Source of the DNA: Octopus sinensis
Lineage: Eukaryota
Direction: 5' to 3'
Assembly (NCBI RefSeq): GCF_006345805.1
Contig: NC_043002.1
Span: 41,974,001-42,038,000, forward strand
DNA length: 64,000 nt
Part shown: in pieces, positions 1-11,730 of the stretch
Layout: every line of letters begins with the position of its first letter
Position numbering within the stretch: the first letter of the stretch is position 1
Position numbers and translations under genes: made by a program
The notes under the pieces: generated by a model
Databases searched by the model: none
What the model was told of the DNA's origin: nothing
What the model saw: only the letters and a program-made list of their open reading frames with translations

Positions 1-185
1 ATGACACCAGCATCGGTTGTCAAACGATGTTGGGTGGACAAACACAGACACACAAACATATACACACACATACATATATATACATACATACGACGGACTT
101 CTTTCAGTTTCCGTCTACCAAATCCACTCACAAGGCTTTGGTCGGCCCGAGGCTATAGTAGAAGATACTTGCCCAAGGTGCCACG
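1..185 (-). mobile_element. SINE-A (tRNA-derived octopus-type SINE), partial
   Basis: Reverse complement of the SINE-A body seen in full at 37097-37508 (CCTTGGGCAAGT...GCCTTGTGAGTGGATTTGGTAGACGGAAACTGAAAGAAG). Cut by the window edge; tRNA head missing. Confidence 0.85.
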
Positions 186-837
186 AAACATTCAAACATT
201 GTCACTATCTTTCCAACTTCTGCTGCATTTGGTATGAAATTTTTGGTCCTCCAAAATCGTTTTGTTGTCTAAATTGACCGACCTTTTTGCGCTTTGAAAT
301 TTTGGTAAAAAAACTTGATTTGAAATCCGGAAAATACGGTGGTTGGTTTGTGGTATAGTGGGTAGAGGGTAGACAGATTGGACAAAAATGGTCAGACTGA
401 TTGCTTCAGATAGTTTACATTAAAACAAAACCTTCAGTGGAGATCTGTAATCGATCTGTTTCAAGAATTCTCCACAAAAATCTACCAAAAAATATATAAT
501 ACTTTTTTTAACTATCATCTATTTCAGATAAAATTGGCTTGCATTTTGTTGGTCTTCAGAATGATCATAAATTTTATAAATAGTTAAGGATAGGTGATAG
601 TTATAAAAAAGTATTAATATGCTACGCCCAAAACCAGGAATTTTCAGAAGTACACAAATAAGGACTTAATTAAAAGAATCTGAGGTTGTTGTCGTTCATT
701 TTCAAATAGACGCTAATTGAACAGGATTATAATTAATTCAAGCTTCAGATATTCAAGCTGCCATCATCCAATCCTTTTAAAAGTATGTCAAAGAAAAATA
801 AAATAAAACAAAAGCAGATTAAAAATATTCCATGAGC

Positions 838-1049
838 CGGTTTCTTTGATTCTGTGGCGTATATATTCCCCGCTGGACTTGGACACCGTCCGTCGCAGGA
901 TTAATCTTTTTTGCTCGTTTAGTGGACTTGAGCAACATGAAATGGAGTGTTTTGCTCAAGAGCACACTGCATTGTCTAGTCTAGGAATCGAGGCCACATT
1001 CTTACGATTATGAGTGCAACACTCTAACCACTAAGCCACGCGCTGCCAC
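838..1049 (-). mobile_element. SINE-C variant: tRNA-like head, CORE-like segment, V-domain-like tail
   Basis: Minus strand reads GTGGCAGCGCGTGGCTTAGTGGTTAG (A box)...CCTCGATTCC (B box)...GTGCTCTTGAGCAAAACAC, then CCTGCGACGGAC..GTCCAGCGGGG. The tail resembles V-SINE tails from memory. Confidence 0.6.
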
Positions 1050-2018
1050 TTTAGAAGTATACAGGACTCCATTATCCCATATGTACTTTGCTTTCTAAGA
1101 AAGTTTTGTCTGATATGATGGAGATTTGGTTGTTATTTCTACCAAGTCGAGTGATCACGTAGAGACTCCCTCATTGACTCCCGCATTGGTCGCTCATATA
1201 TATACACACACATATGTGGGCGTCTGTGTACGTGTTCTGTGTGTGTATGTGCTTCTGTATGCGCGTGTGTGTGTGTGCGTGTGCGTGAATGTGTGTGCAT
1301 GTGTGTTGGTGTGTGGGGATAGAGTGTTTGTTTATGTGCCAAGCTAATATTTATATTTGCGTTAAACCATTGGACAGTAGGTTTCCATGTTGGAGCCAAT
1401 CAAACCAGCAATTATACAATCATACATCTCGTTCCGTGCAAAGAGAAATTTTCTGTAAAACAAGTTGATGTTGTTCATATTAAATAATCTCTCATCGAAA
1501 AGTTAATTCCACCTCAGGTTCTGACAATTTAATGGATTTTTCCACTAAAACGATATTTTGATATGTTATAACTTGTTTTGTTTTAAAATTAGTTTGCATT
1601 TTACTCTGTTTTAATACAAAAAATATTTCTACATTTTGTTGTTGTTTTTTTTAATATTTTTTATTTTTAAGATTAAGATCCAACTGATTTTTAATATCAG
1701 TCAATTATTGCTTGAAGTTTTAGACATCTTAAGATATTTCTGTATAGTTTTATTTAGATATTTCACGACAATTTTCTTCAATATTTACTGATCTGTTTCA
1801 ATGATTTTTTTTCTCGTTTGTATTTTTTCTGTTTATTTTTTTCATTAGAATTTATAAAATTTTTTTTTCTATTTATTTAATTTCATTTCTCAGAACTGGC
1901 AAGGCATTGGATTGTAGAATAGCTAATAGGTTGATTTCACGACTTTAGAGTTCGTATCCAACTACTGGCGTTGTGCTGTTTTCCTCGGCATGGTACTTAA
2001 CATTTATCAGGCACTAAA

Positions 2019-2057
<39 letters not shown>

Positions 2058-2380
2058 ACATATAGATACCGCACTGACTGCATTGAATAGAGATGGCGAA
2101 AGCCTCCAGCAATGAGAATATGTCAGCCTGGATTCTGTCAACAAGGAAACACAAACGCTTCTGATATCAAGAAAACATCAACTCCTTATGAGCAGCACTC
2201 AGAGTGCTTTCAAAAATTAGAGTGACTTCAAAAATCTCTCCAATTATTAGATACACTATCACTGAGGATGTCGCTTGACCAAAAGAACACTCTTAACATA
2301 GATAGGACAGCATCTCAACGACTGTCTCTTCTCTTCCGGGCTAGAAGCAGTAGCGTAGCTAATAGGAGAGCAACCTATTA

Positions 2381-2698
2381 AGGCGGTGAGCTGGCAGAAG
2401 CGTTAGCACGTCAGGCGAAATGCTTAGCGGTATTTTGTCTGCCGCTACGTTCTGAGTTCAAATTACGCCGAGGTCGACTTTGCCTTTCATTGATTACGCA
2501 CTGGGGTCGATGTAATCGACTTAATACGTTTGTCTGTCCTTGTTTGTCCCCTCTGTTTTTAGCCCCTTCTGGGTAGTAAAGAAATAGGTATTTCGTCTGT
2601 CATTACGTTTCGAGTTCAAAGTCCACCGAGGTCGACTTTACCTTTCATCCTTTTGGGGTCGATAAGTTAAGTACCAGTTGCATAATTTAAGTACCAGT
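2381..2698 (+). mobile_element. SINE-B dimer (full unit plus headless second unit)
   Basis: AGGCGGTGAGCTGGCAGAA (A box), GAGTTCAAATT (B box), core GTCGACTTTGCCTTTCATCC..GGGGTCGAT. The tail re-enters the element at AAAGAAATAG|GTATTTCGTC. Confidence 0.85.
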
Positions 2699-2861
2699 AA
2701 TTTTAAGTTTTATACATAATGACGTCGTTATTGAAACACAAAATTAATGAATTTAGACTACAATAACGTACATTATAATTAACTTTGCTTTTCATCCTTT
2801 CGGGGTCGATACCACCTCATCGAAATTGACGGTCTTGCACCAAAATTGGAAATCATTTATC

Positions 2862-3080
2862 ATTTCGCTTGTGAATGTTAATTAGTTAGCAAGTTCTTCA
2901 TCTTGAGGTTTGGTGACAAGTCTCTTCAAATCTCAAGAAGCTTTCTTATGATTCTGGCAGAATATAGTATGGTACTTTTCTGCAGGTCGCAAATATCAGT
3001 TTCAATACCAATTTCTTTCAGTCTTTTATGTAGTATTTTGAGTGTTGTGTCAAGTGCACCAATTACTACAGGAATAATTT
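2862..3080 (-). mobile_element. 3' fragment of an RLE-type (R4/Dong-like) non-LTR retrotransposon
   Basis: Minus translation IIPVVIGALDTTLKILHKRLKEIGIETDICDLQKSTILYSARIIRKLLEI* is homologous to the C-terminus at 56735-56908. The 5' truncation abuts (TAA)n. Confidence 0.75.
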
Positions 3081-3103
3081 ATTATTATTATTATTATTAA
3101 TAT

Positions 3104-3640
3104 TGAGTGTGTGAGCAGTGCATGCCATCAAAGTGACACTGGGGTACAAATTTACGAAGCCCAATATACCCATCATGATTTCCTGTCTTATAAGGGTATA
3201 CCAGGTATCACAACCATATGTGCGCGACATGGTGATCGCATATCATGATGAACAGCACATGATCTTACAGGTGGGGGCTCAGTTAGAATTTTCTTTAGGT
3301 CGAGTAGCCCATCCTGCACAAAAGATCCCTGAATAAAGTTTATTTAAGGATGATGAACAAAACACCCATGTTTCCAGAGGTGAATTATTCAAACCCCAAA
3401 GAATTTCTCTCAGCACATGGCTATGATGTCTATTCTGCTACTCCTGTTCGTGATCAGAGATGCACATATCGTCATCCACTAAGTGACATGCTCAACTGGT
3501 TAAGTCAAGCAGCTAACAAGCAAATCTGGGGTATTGAGCAGAATATTTGTTGTAGCCCATCATTTATAGCAAGAGAAAACATGTACAGGATAACACTTCC
3601 AATCAGTTAATATCAGAAGCCATGAGAGCCAACAGGGTAT
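3104..3640 (-). mobile_element. Unclassified non-coding interspersed repeat flanked by (ATT)n-like tracts
   Basis: About 540 bp of complex sequence without a credible ORF between ATT-rich flanks. I recall it as an abundant octopus repeat; only one copy is in this window. Confidence 0.4.
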
Positions 3641-3661
3641 TTATTATTGTCGTTGTTGTTT

Positions 3662-3944
3662 AGGCAGTGAGCTGGCAGAATCGTTATCACGCTGAACGAA
3701 ATACTTAACAGCATTTCGCCCGTCGTGACGTTCTGAGTTCAAATTCCGCCGAGGTCGTCTTTGTCTTTCATTCTTTCGATAAATTGAGTACCAGTGAAAC
3801 ACTGGGGTTGACGTAATCGACTACTCCCCTCCCCCAAAATTTTAGGTCCTGTGCCTTTAGTGGAGAGGATTATTATTATTATTATTATTATTATTAATAT
3901 TATTATTATTATTATATTATTATTATTATTATTATTATTATTAT
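3662..3944 (+). mobile_element. SINE-B, short-tail form, with (ATT)n tail
   Basis: A/B boxes and core as at 2381; ends CCCCCAAAATTTTAGGTCCTGTGCCTTTAGTGGAGAGG(ATT)n. Confidence 0.85.
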
Positions 3945-4126
3945 CGGTTAACTTGCATTTCGTAGCGGACTTGTTACCTTCAGCCTACGGTACCATATTA
4001 TCTGTTTATTTATTATTATTATTTTATTTCGACTATCTAATACTTTCCTGATGATTCTGGCTGTGCCAAAGAGGCAAACCTTTTGTAATAGCTCTACTGG
4101 GCACTATATTCCGAGTTCCTTTACAT
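3945..4126 (-). mobile_element. 3' fragment of a second RLE-type (R4/Dong-like) LINE family
   Basis: Minus translation VKELGI*CPVELLQKVCLFGTARIIRKVLD matches the LQK..L.GTA.I.R..L C-terminal motif. Flanked on both sides by (TAA)n. Confidence 0.7.
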
Positions 4127-4149
4127 TATTATTATTATTATTATTATCA

Positions 4150-4214
<65 letters not shown>

Positions 4215-4837
4215 TATTTATTATTCAACTTCTATAGCTTCTAAAGTTTAATGTATATTTCAGTGATCTGACCTTTAATCAAATTGCAGAGGAAACAACG
4301 GTTATGTCCAGCTACACGAGTCTCCCCCTTCGACTGAAGTCAAAAGTTATTTTACTGTAGTGACATTTCAAATGAAATGAAATTCTATACGTTGTGCCGC
4401 CAGGAATTCGGTTTGTTCACTCAGGATCCAATGTCTGATCAATGATAATAATAATAATAATAACAAGAGAATTCAACACCAGCAGCAATAGCAGCAGAAG
4501 AATCAGTAGCAGCAGGAGCAGTAGTAGCAGCACCATTGATTGCAATGAAAAAGGAAAATAACATTGACATCGTTATAGCTGTCACTATCACGCAAACACG
4601 TGCCAACATATGCAAGCACAAAATTATACATACATGAAGGCATATAAATAGCCCCCGACATGCAACATATGCAAACATATGCATATCTGTGCCTATATAT
4701 ATATATGTGTGTGATGTGTGTGTGTGTGTGTGTGCGTGCACGATTTATGCGCGTGCGTATGTGTGTACGTCTGTATATGCGTGTGTGTGTATGCATCTAA
4801 GAACACGTATCTATGGTGTATGTTGCTGTTTGTACAC

Positions 4838-5165
4838 ATAGCCTCGGGCCGACCAAAGCCTTGGGAGTGGCTTTGGTAGACGGAAAGTTAAAAAAAAGCC
4901 CGTCGTATAGATGTATATATGTATGTGTGTGTGTGTGTATATGTTTGTGTGTCTGTGTTTGTCCCCCTCCCCCCGCCCAATATCGCTTGACAACCGATGG
5001 TGGTGTGTTTACGTCCCCGTAACATAGCGATTCGGCAAAAGAGACCGATAGAATAAGTACAAGGGTTACAAAGAATATGTCCTGGGGTCGATTTGCTCGA
5101 CTAAAGGCGGTGCTCCAGCATGGCCACAGTCAAATGACTGAAACAAGTAAAACAGTAAAAGAGAA
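4838..5165 (+). mobile_element. SINE-A, 5'-truncated
   Basis: Body, internal (TA)n(TG)n and tail GGCGGTGCTCCAGCATGGCCACAGTCAAATGACTGAAACAAGTAAAA. Confidence 0.9.
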
Positions 5166-5169
5166 TATG

Positions 5170-5201
<32 letters not shown>

Positions 5202-5446
5202 ACTGTGTGCGTGTGTGTATGTATATACGAATACATATATATGCACACACACACACACACTGAAAGGCAGAACACAGTTACTCATATGCAGGTTAACACT
5301 AGCTTTAGACTATGTAGTAAAAAGACCCTAAGTGGATCTATTTTCCTATATGCACGTATGTAATATGATAATGTACGTATGCAGGTAGCTATATATATGT
5401 GTATACACGCACACACATCCGTGCGCACGCGCGTGCACATTTAGTC

Positions 5447-5579
5447 GGCCGGCGAGTGACCTATAAGGCGCTTAGCTGTATAAGCGACTCGTCAGACTCC
5501 AACCATTTGAGTCTGAGGAGTCGCTTACATAGCTAAGCGCGTTATTTGTGGGAAACCAATGGTCACTCACTTACCGGCC
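5447..5579. mobile_element. Palindromic MITE-like element with a 32-bp-arm hairpin
   Basis: Arms 5468-5499 and 5509-5540 pair with 3 non-Watson-Crick positions. Outer inverted repeat GGCCGG..GAGTGACC / GGTCACTCACTTACCGGCC. Related end at 24021-24092. Confidence 0.6.
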
Positions 5580-5625
5580 ATACAGATATCCTTCTAAATA
5601 TTCTTTTCTACTGTAGGCGCATGTA

Positions 5626-5708
5626 GTGAAGTCGCATGGCTCAGTGGTTAGAGCGTCGAGCTTACGATCGGGAGGTTGTGAGTTCGAATGCCGGACTGAG
5701 CTGCGTGT
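5626..5708 (+). mobile_element. SINE-C tRNA-Arg-like head (3'-truncated)
   Basis: GTGAAGTCGCATGGCTCAGTGGTTAGAGCGTCGAGCTTACGATCGGGAGGTTGTGAGTTCGAATGCC; same head as 16443-16360, with ACG at the anticodon position. Confidence 0.8.
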
Positions 5709-5722
5709 TATAATATATATAT

Positions 5723-5813
<91 letters not shown>

Positions 5814-5824
5814 CACATATATAT

Positions 5825-6206
5825 AGGCATAGCAGTGGCTGTGTAGTAAGTAGCTTGCTTACGAACCGCATGGTTCCGGGTTCAGTCCCACTGCGTGGCA
5901 CCTTGGGCAAGTGTCTTCTACTATAGCCTCGGGGCGATCAAAGCCTTGTGAGTGGATCTGGTAGACGGAAACTGAAAAAAGGCCGTCGTATATGTGTGTG
6001 TATTTGTTTGTGTCCGTGTTTGTCCCCCAACATCGCTTGACAACCGATGCTGGTGTGTTTACGTCCCCGTATCTTAGCGGTTCGGCAAAAGAGACCGATA
6101 GAATAAGTACTAGGCTTACAAAGAATAAGTCCTGGGGCCAATTTGCTCGACTTAAGGCAGTGCTCCAGCATGGCCACAGTCAAAATGACTGAAACAAGTA
6201 AAAGAG
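5825..6206 (+). mobile_element. SINE-A, full length
   Basis: Head GTGGCTGTGTAGTAAG (A box), GGTTCAGTCCC (B box), body, microsatellite and conserved tail. Confidence 0.9.
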
Positions 6207-6982
6207 AATATATATATATGTATATACGAATACATATATATGCACACACACACACACACGCACATACACACATACACATGCACATACACACACACACACA
6301 TACATGCTTACAAGTGTGTAGGGATATGTATGTGTGCATGTACGAAAACCTTTACGTTTGCATTTCTTTGTGAATATATATACTGTATGTATTTAAAATA
6401 GTATAAATACTTTAAAGTAAATAACGTGAATAAAGGGGGATTACTTTCTTGGTAAGGGACATAATTCAACAAGTAACTAAAAACGTTCAAGAAAGCGAAC
6501 CATTACCGGTCCAGCCATTCTCATTTTCAATGACTTAGAGAAAGAGGGGCAGTGCCCATGGGTTTGCAAGAGTCTCTGAGACTGGAGGGAGGAAAGGTGA
6601 AAATTCTTCTCAAATCAGGGGCATTTTTGTAAACGTTTTATTATGATGTGCTCTACTAAAATGTATTGAATAAAATTGATTTTTTTATATAATTTGGTAT
6701 AAAACAGTAATACATACATACATACATACATACATACATACATTGTATACATGCATATGTGTGTATTGTGTGTGTATGTATATATATATAATACATACGA
6801 GTAGCCAAACGAATGTAGGGCACTCAACATATTTATTGGGAGTTACATGTATAGAGGAAAACAGCTTGATTCAACACACACACACACACACCACACACAC
6901 ACACACGTACACACACACACACACACACGTACACACACACACACACACACACACACGTACACACACACACACACACACACAA

Positions 6983-8261
6983 CAGGGTGGGGCAGAGAGA
7001 ACGGACGTTTTTGAAATGGCTATTACTCATCCCCAGGGGATGGGACATATGTTCGACAGGTACCATTCGGTCCGGGGTGTCATAGCATTTCTTTTTTCTT
7101 TTCAGGTGAAGCTATGGCGCTGTGGACGATAGAGCATGCGTGTTTGCCTACAACAGTTATGTGAAGAATAACGAGTCTGTTACAACAGTTAAGCGTGAGT
7201 TTCGGCGTCACTTCAACATCCAGGCTGCAATACAATGTACAATGTACATGAAATACACTAATGAATAGGAGACTGGTCGGGGCGCTACGAACTGTACGGA
7301 CCCCGAAAAATGTGGAACGCATCAGACAAGCTTTGATACGGAATCCGAATCGCTCTGCTCGGAGACATTCCACTGAAATTGGCATCGGTAATCGATCGGT
7401 AAGGCGTATTTTGCATGAAGACCTGCATTTTCGTCGGTACAAAATGGTAATTTGGTAACAGTTGAAACCATGGGCCTATGCACAGTGGCTTAACTTCGCA
7501 TGTCAGATGGAAGCAATTTTTGAGGCAAATGCCAACCTCATTTTGTTAATGAGTGATTAAGCTCATTTTCATCTTAATGGCATGGTAAATCAACAGAACC
7601 GTCGTTATTGGGCTCTTGAAAATCCGAGAGAACTGCGCGAAAGACCACTTCACAACCCAAAAGTGACGGTGTGGTGTGCTGTTAGAAAAGCTACTGTCAT
7701 TGGTCTTTACTTTTTTGAAGACAATAATGGAAATGTTGTTACTGTGAACTCTGAGTGTTACATTGAGATGATAAACAACTTCTTTGTGTCTGAATTACGA
7801 CGAAAACGTATGCATATTCGAAGTGTGTGGTTTCAGCAGAATGGGGCAATGGCTCACACAGCCAGAGCATCATTGGACGTTCTTTGTCCTCTCCTCGGTC
7901 ACTGCCTCATCTACAGGTTTGCTGACATTCTCCACGTGTAATTATTTCTTGTGGAGAAACATCAAGGCACGTGTGTATGTGCATAAGTCCCGTACATTGG
8001 ACGATTTGAAGGAAGCTATTCGCGCGGAAGTCGCCCGAATCGGCAGAGCAATGCTGGAGAGGGCAGAGGCCAACTTCCAAGAAAGCCTTCAGAACTGCAT
8101 CAATGAAAACGGACACCACATGATGGATGTTGCTTTCCACACTTGAATTTGACAAATGTTAATTCAATATGAACACACTCATGTCAATAAAATTTGTTTG
8201 CAGCTAAAATTAATGCTTTTGTGAATTTTTCAAAAACGTCCGTCCTTTCTGCCCTACACTG
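6983..8261 (+). mobile_element. Tc1/mariner transposon, DD41D (rosa-type), TIR-complete, pseudogenised
   Basis: Imperfect ~34 bp TIRs (CAGGGTGGGGCAGAGAGAACGGACGTTTTTGAAA / TTTCAAAAACGTCCGTCCTTTCTGCCCTACACTG + TA), length 1279 bp. Transposase motifs MSD*AHFHLNG.VNQQN, PLHNPKVTVWC, WFQQNGA.AHT, CNYFLW..IKARVY. Spacing is 41 aa if the deleted WPPRSPDL block is restored. Confidence 0.85.
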
Positions 8262-8702
8262 TATTCGCCACCTCACCTCGTTATGGCTTAGCAGCCCTTA
8301 CTGTTTGTTTTCACTGTCCTGTTTTTGTTATCAATTTTGACCCTCCGCAAATCCCAAATTTTATTTTGCTTTGCGGGAGCAACCGTTTTTTCGAAGGCAC
8401 ATATTGTCGTAATTGCTCGAAATGTGAAGTAGATAAGCAGCCGACAACTGATGAAGGGTCGTTCTTTATGTTACTTGTCTTGTTTTTCATTTGCTTCTTT
8501 CGTTGTTCGCATAGTTCGTATTCCATGTTTTCTTATTTCGTATTTCATGATGTTTACATTTTATGACGCCCCGTACCCATATATGCATATGTACACATAT
8601 ATATATATATATGTATGTACATATATGTATGTATATATGCATATATATATATTATTTATATTATTATATGATTGAACGCCACGCATCCATTTCCAAGTAA
8701 GT

Positions 8703-8776
<74 letters not shown>

Positions 8777-8879
8777 CGGCAATTGATACCCGATTTTAAG
8801 GAGAGAAAAGTAGACGTCTGTTCTTATCGATTGGAAAAGTTTGAAGCCAACGATGTTACGCTTTTTATATTTATTATTC

Positions 8880-9170
8880 AAAAACGAGGATTCAGTCAAT
8901 GAATGGAGTCACATCTCTTCTCCAAAACCTAAGGAATTAAAAAAAAAAACCCAACGACGGCCACAATGTTGTGGTAGCTGGTTTTTTTTTTTAGGGATGA
9001 CAAGGGTAGCATTCTCTTTGATTTTTCTGGAACATAGCTGCACCTTGAATTGCAAGCAGTATATTGAAACACTCAAAAAGATTAGGGAAGCTGTAACAAG
9101 GAAGAGACCGAACATTTAACACGACAACGCGTGATCGCACACACATCTTTTGCGACAAATCAGGTTTTGG
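8880..9170 (+). pseudogene. Mariner (DD34D-type) transposase remnant
   Basis: EWSHISSPKPK...FLEHSCTLNCKQYIETLKKIREAVTRKRPN..HDNA.SHTS, with frameshifts and stops. Confidence 0.75.
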
Positions 9171-9420
9171 AATTTGTTTTTCTTGAATTTTATTTTTGCT
9201 CTTTCTTGTTGCAGAACTACAACAGAACAGTTCGACACTTTATAGTACACAATACTCTTGAGAAGAAAAGAACCGTGATTGGAACGAATCGAATTATGTC
9301 TTTACTTAAATTACTTTTCTCGATGCTTCCATAGTGTAAGGTTTTCAGTTTCAACAGACGGAGTCAAATGAAGGAAGTACAACTTCAAAATACATACACA
9401 TATAGATACACACACACATA

Positions 9421-9528
<108 letters not shown>

Positions 9529-9599
9529 GCACATATGCATACATGCACATACACACATATATCCAGACATATCCACATACACTTACACGCATATACACG

Positions 9600-9710
9600 C
9601 ACACACACACGTACGCACACACACGTACGCACACACACGTACGCACACACACGTACGCACACACACGTACGCACACACACGTACGCACACACACGTACGC
9701 ACACACACAC
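9600..9710. repeat. 12-bp minisatellite (CACACACGTACG)n
   Basis: A run of near-exact tandem copies derived from a (CA)n tract. Confidence 0.9.
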
Positions 9711-10919
9711 ACAAAGTTAGGGAAAGAGAGAGAGCTCAGAGAAAGAGCTAGTATTCTCAATGGAAGATGTATTCTGCTGCTAATATAATCAACTACATCC
9801 TCCTCTTCCTCCTCTTCCTCCTCCTCCCCTACTCTCCCTTTCCTTCACTCCCTCATCCCTTTACTCCCTTCCTTCACCCAATCCACTCCATCCCCTCACC
9901 CATCTTCTCACCCATCTTCTCACCCATCTTCTCACCCTCCCCTCCTCCTCTACATTATCATCAGAATCAGCATCCCAACGACTTCCACCATAGTACTTCA
10001 ATTTTATTTCCCCCCTCATCAATTTCATCAATGATAATTGAAAAAGATCGATAGATTCGGCTGGCCAGGCGCAACACCTGTGAAACAACCCAGCGGAACG
10101 AGTAATACTCAATGGAAAGGATGCGGGCGTGAGTTAAACCCGATATTATCCTTCTACTACTTAAAAGAATGACTTGTCTAGCGAAAAACAACAGCTGTCA
10201 CAGACTTTCACGTTGATTTTATATCGATTTACTGAAGCACTGATTTGTCAAGGCCATTTTTTTTAACTCTTGGAAAGTTATCGCTTGACTCTGCTTTAGA
10301 TCACGTATGAGACAATGTTTTTGGTGTGTCCTATTTCGAAATAATACCCACTTCATTACGAAACAGGAGATTTTGCACTTGCTTGTTTCTGGTCTACATG
10401 GTTTTGTAGGTGAGAGTTTTAGCGGTGTTGTGCAAGCTGCTATTTGTGTACTATTTCGTCATTGGTGAGATCATCAAAAAAAAAAAAAAAAAAATACGGC
10501 ACGCCACACAAACCAGTCTGATAACTGTAGTATCTGAGCATGAAACTTATGGTAGCTCACATTTATATCTAGTGTATAAATGCCATGTACATATATATAT
10601 ATATGTGATTTTATCGATCAAATCTCCTGCGGGTTAACATGGGATCCCTTGGCGACAATGTAAACTTCATTTGATTAAGGTATCTTTGGCCCGACGAGTA
10701 GCTAGCGGATTACCCCTCGTTTGAGTAATTACTACTTCTGAGGTTCTGCTAAACATACGTAGCCTGGATTTTATCAACTCCATTCCCTAATTTTGGATCT
10801 CACGCACACACACACACACGCGTATATGCATATGTACGTTGGCATGTATGTACACACATATACAAAATACACACACGAGGACACACAGATACACACACGT
10901 ATAAAAATGAAAATATATA

Positions 10920-11129
10920 CAAGAGGGTGCTGAAGAGTTCTAGACTTTAAGGGTGTCGCGAAAAGTCTGGTCGAAAGCCCAACCTTCTGATTTCTTTTAC
11001 AGGGCTTAAAAAAAACTTAAGGAGCGCTCCAGTATGTGCGTGAATCAGAGAGGGGAATATGTTGAAAAAAATCATAATTGACTGATTTTCCCGTATTTCC
11101 TTTTACTCAAAGTCAGGAACTTTTCAGCA
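10920..11129 (+). mobile_element. Mariner-derived MITE (internal deletion derivative)
   Basis: TA + CAAGAGGGTGCTGAAGAGTTCTAGACTTT pairs with AAAGTCAGGAACTTTTCAGCA. The interior carries the transposase C-terminus (..CVNQRGEYVE). Confidence 0.7.
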
Positions 11130-11194
11130 AATGTTTTTTTCTATGTGTGTGTGTGTGTGTTTGTATGAGACCGATAGAATATTTACTGGGGTCG

Positions 11195-11466
11195 ATTTGC
11201 CTCACTAAGAATTATTCAAGAAGCCATAAAGAGGGTAACTTGAAGACCCAATCAATTCATATATTTTATCTTTTTCTTATTTCTGTCATTGATTTGCGAT
11301 TATGCTAGGGTACCACCTTGGAGGATTCGGCTAAGCCCTTCAAGGCAGTACCCCAGCATAACCACAATTCAATGAGTGAAACAAGGAAAGGATAAAATAT
11401 ATGAGATGACTGGGTCTTCAAGTTTCCCCGTTTATGGTTTCTTGAATCATTCTTAGTGAGGCAAAT
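11195..11466. repeat. Fold-back inverted duplication containing a SINE-A tail
   Basis: 130-nt arms 11195-11324 and 11337-11466 with about 20 mismatches and a 12-nt spacer. Confidence 0.9.
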
Positions 11467-11579
11467 ATATCTAATAGATTTGGCCCCACAAAATTTATCG
11501 AGTTCCTTCATCAGTAAGTATTTATTGTATTTTGTAATTTGTAATTTAACGACTCTATAACACGTACATCTGTGTGTTT

Positions 11580-11730
11580 GTGTATGTATGTATGTTTGTA
11601 TGTATGTATGCATGTATGTATGTATGTATGTATGTATGTATGTATGTATGTATGTATGTATGTATGTATGCATGTATGTATGTATGTATGTATGTATGTA
11701 TGTATGTATGTATGTATGTATGTATGTACG
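11580..11730. repeat. (TATG)n microsatellite
   Basis: Direct reading. Confidence 0.95.
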
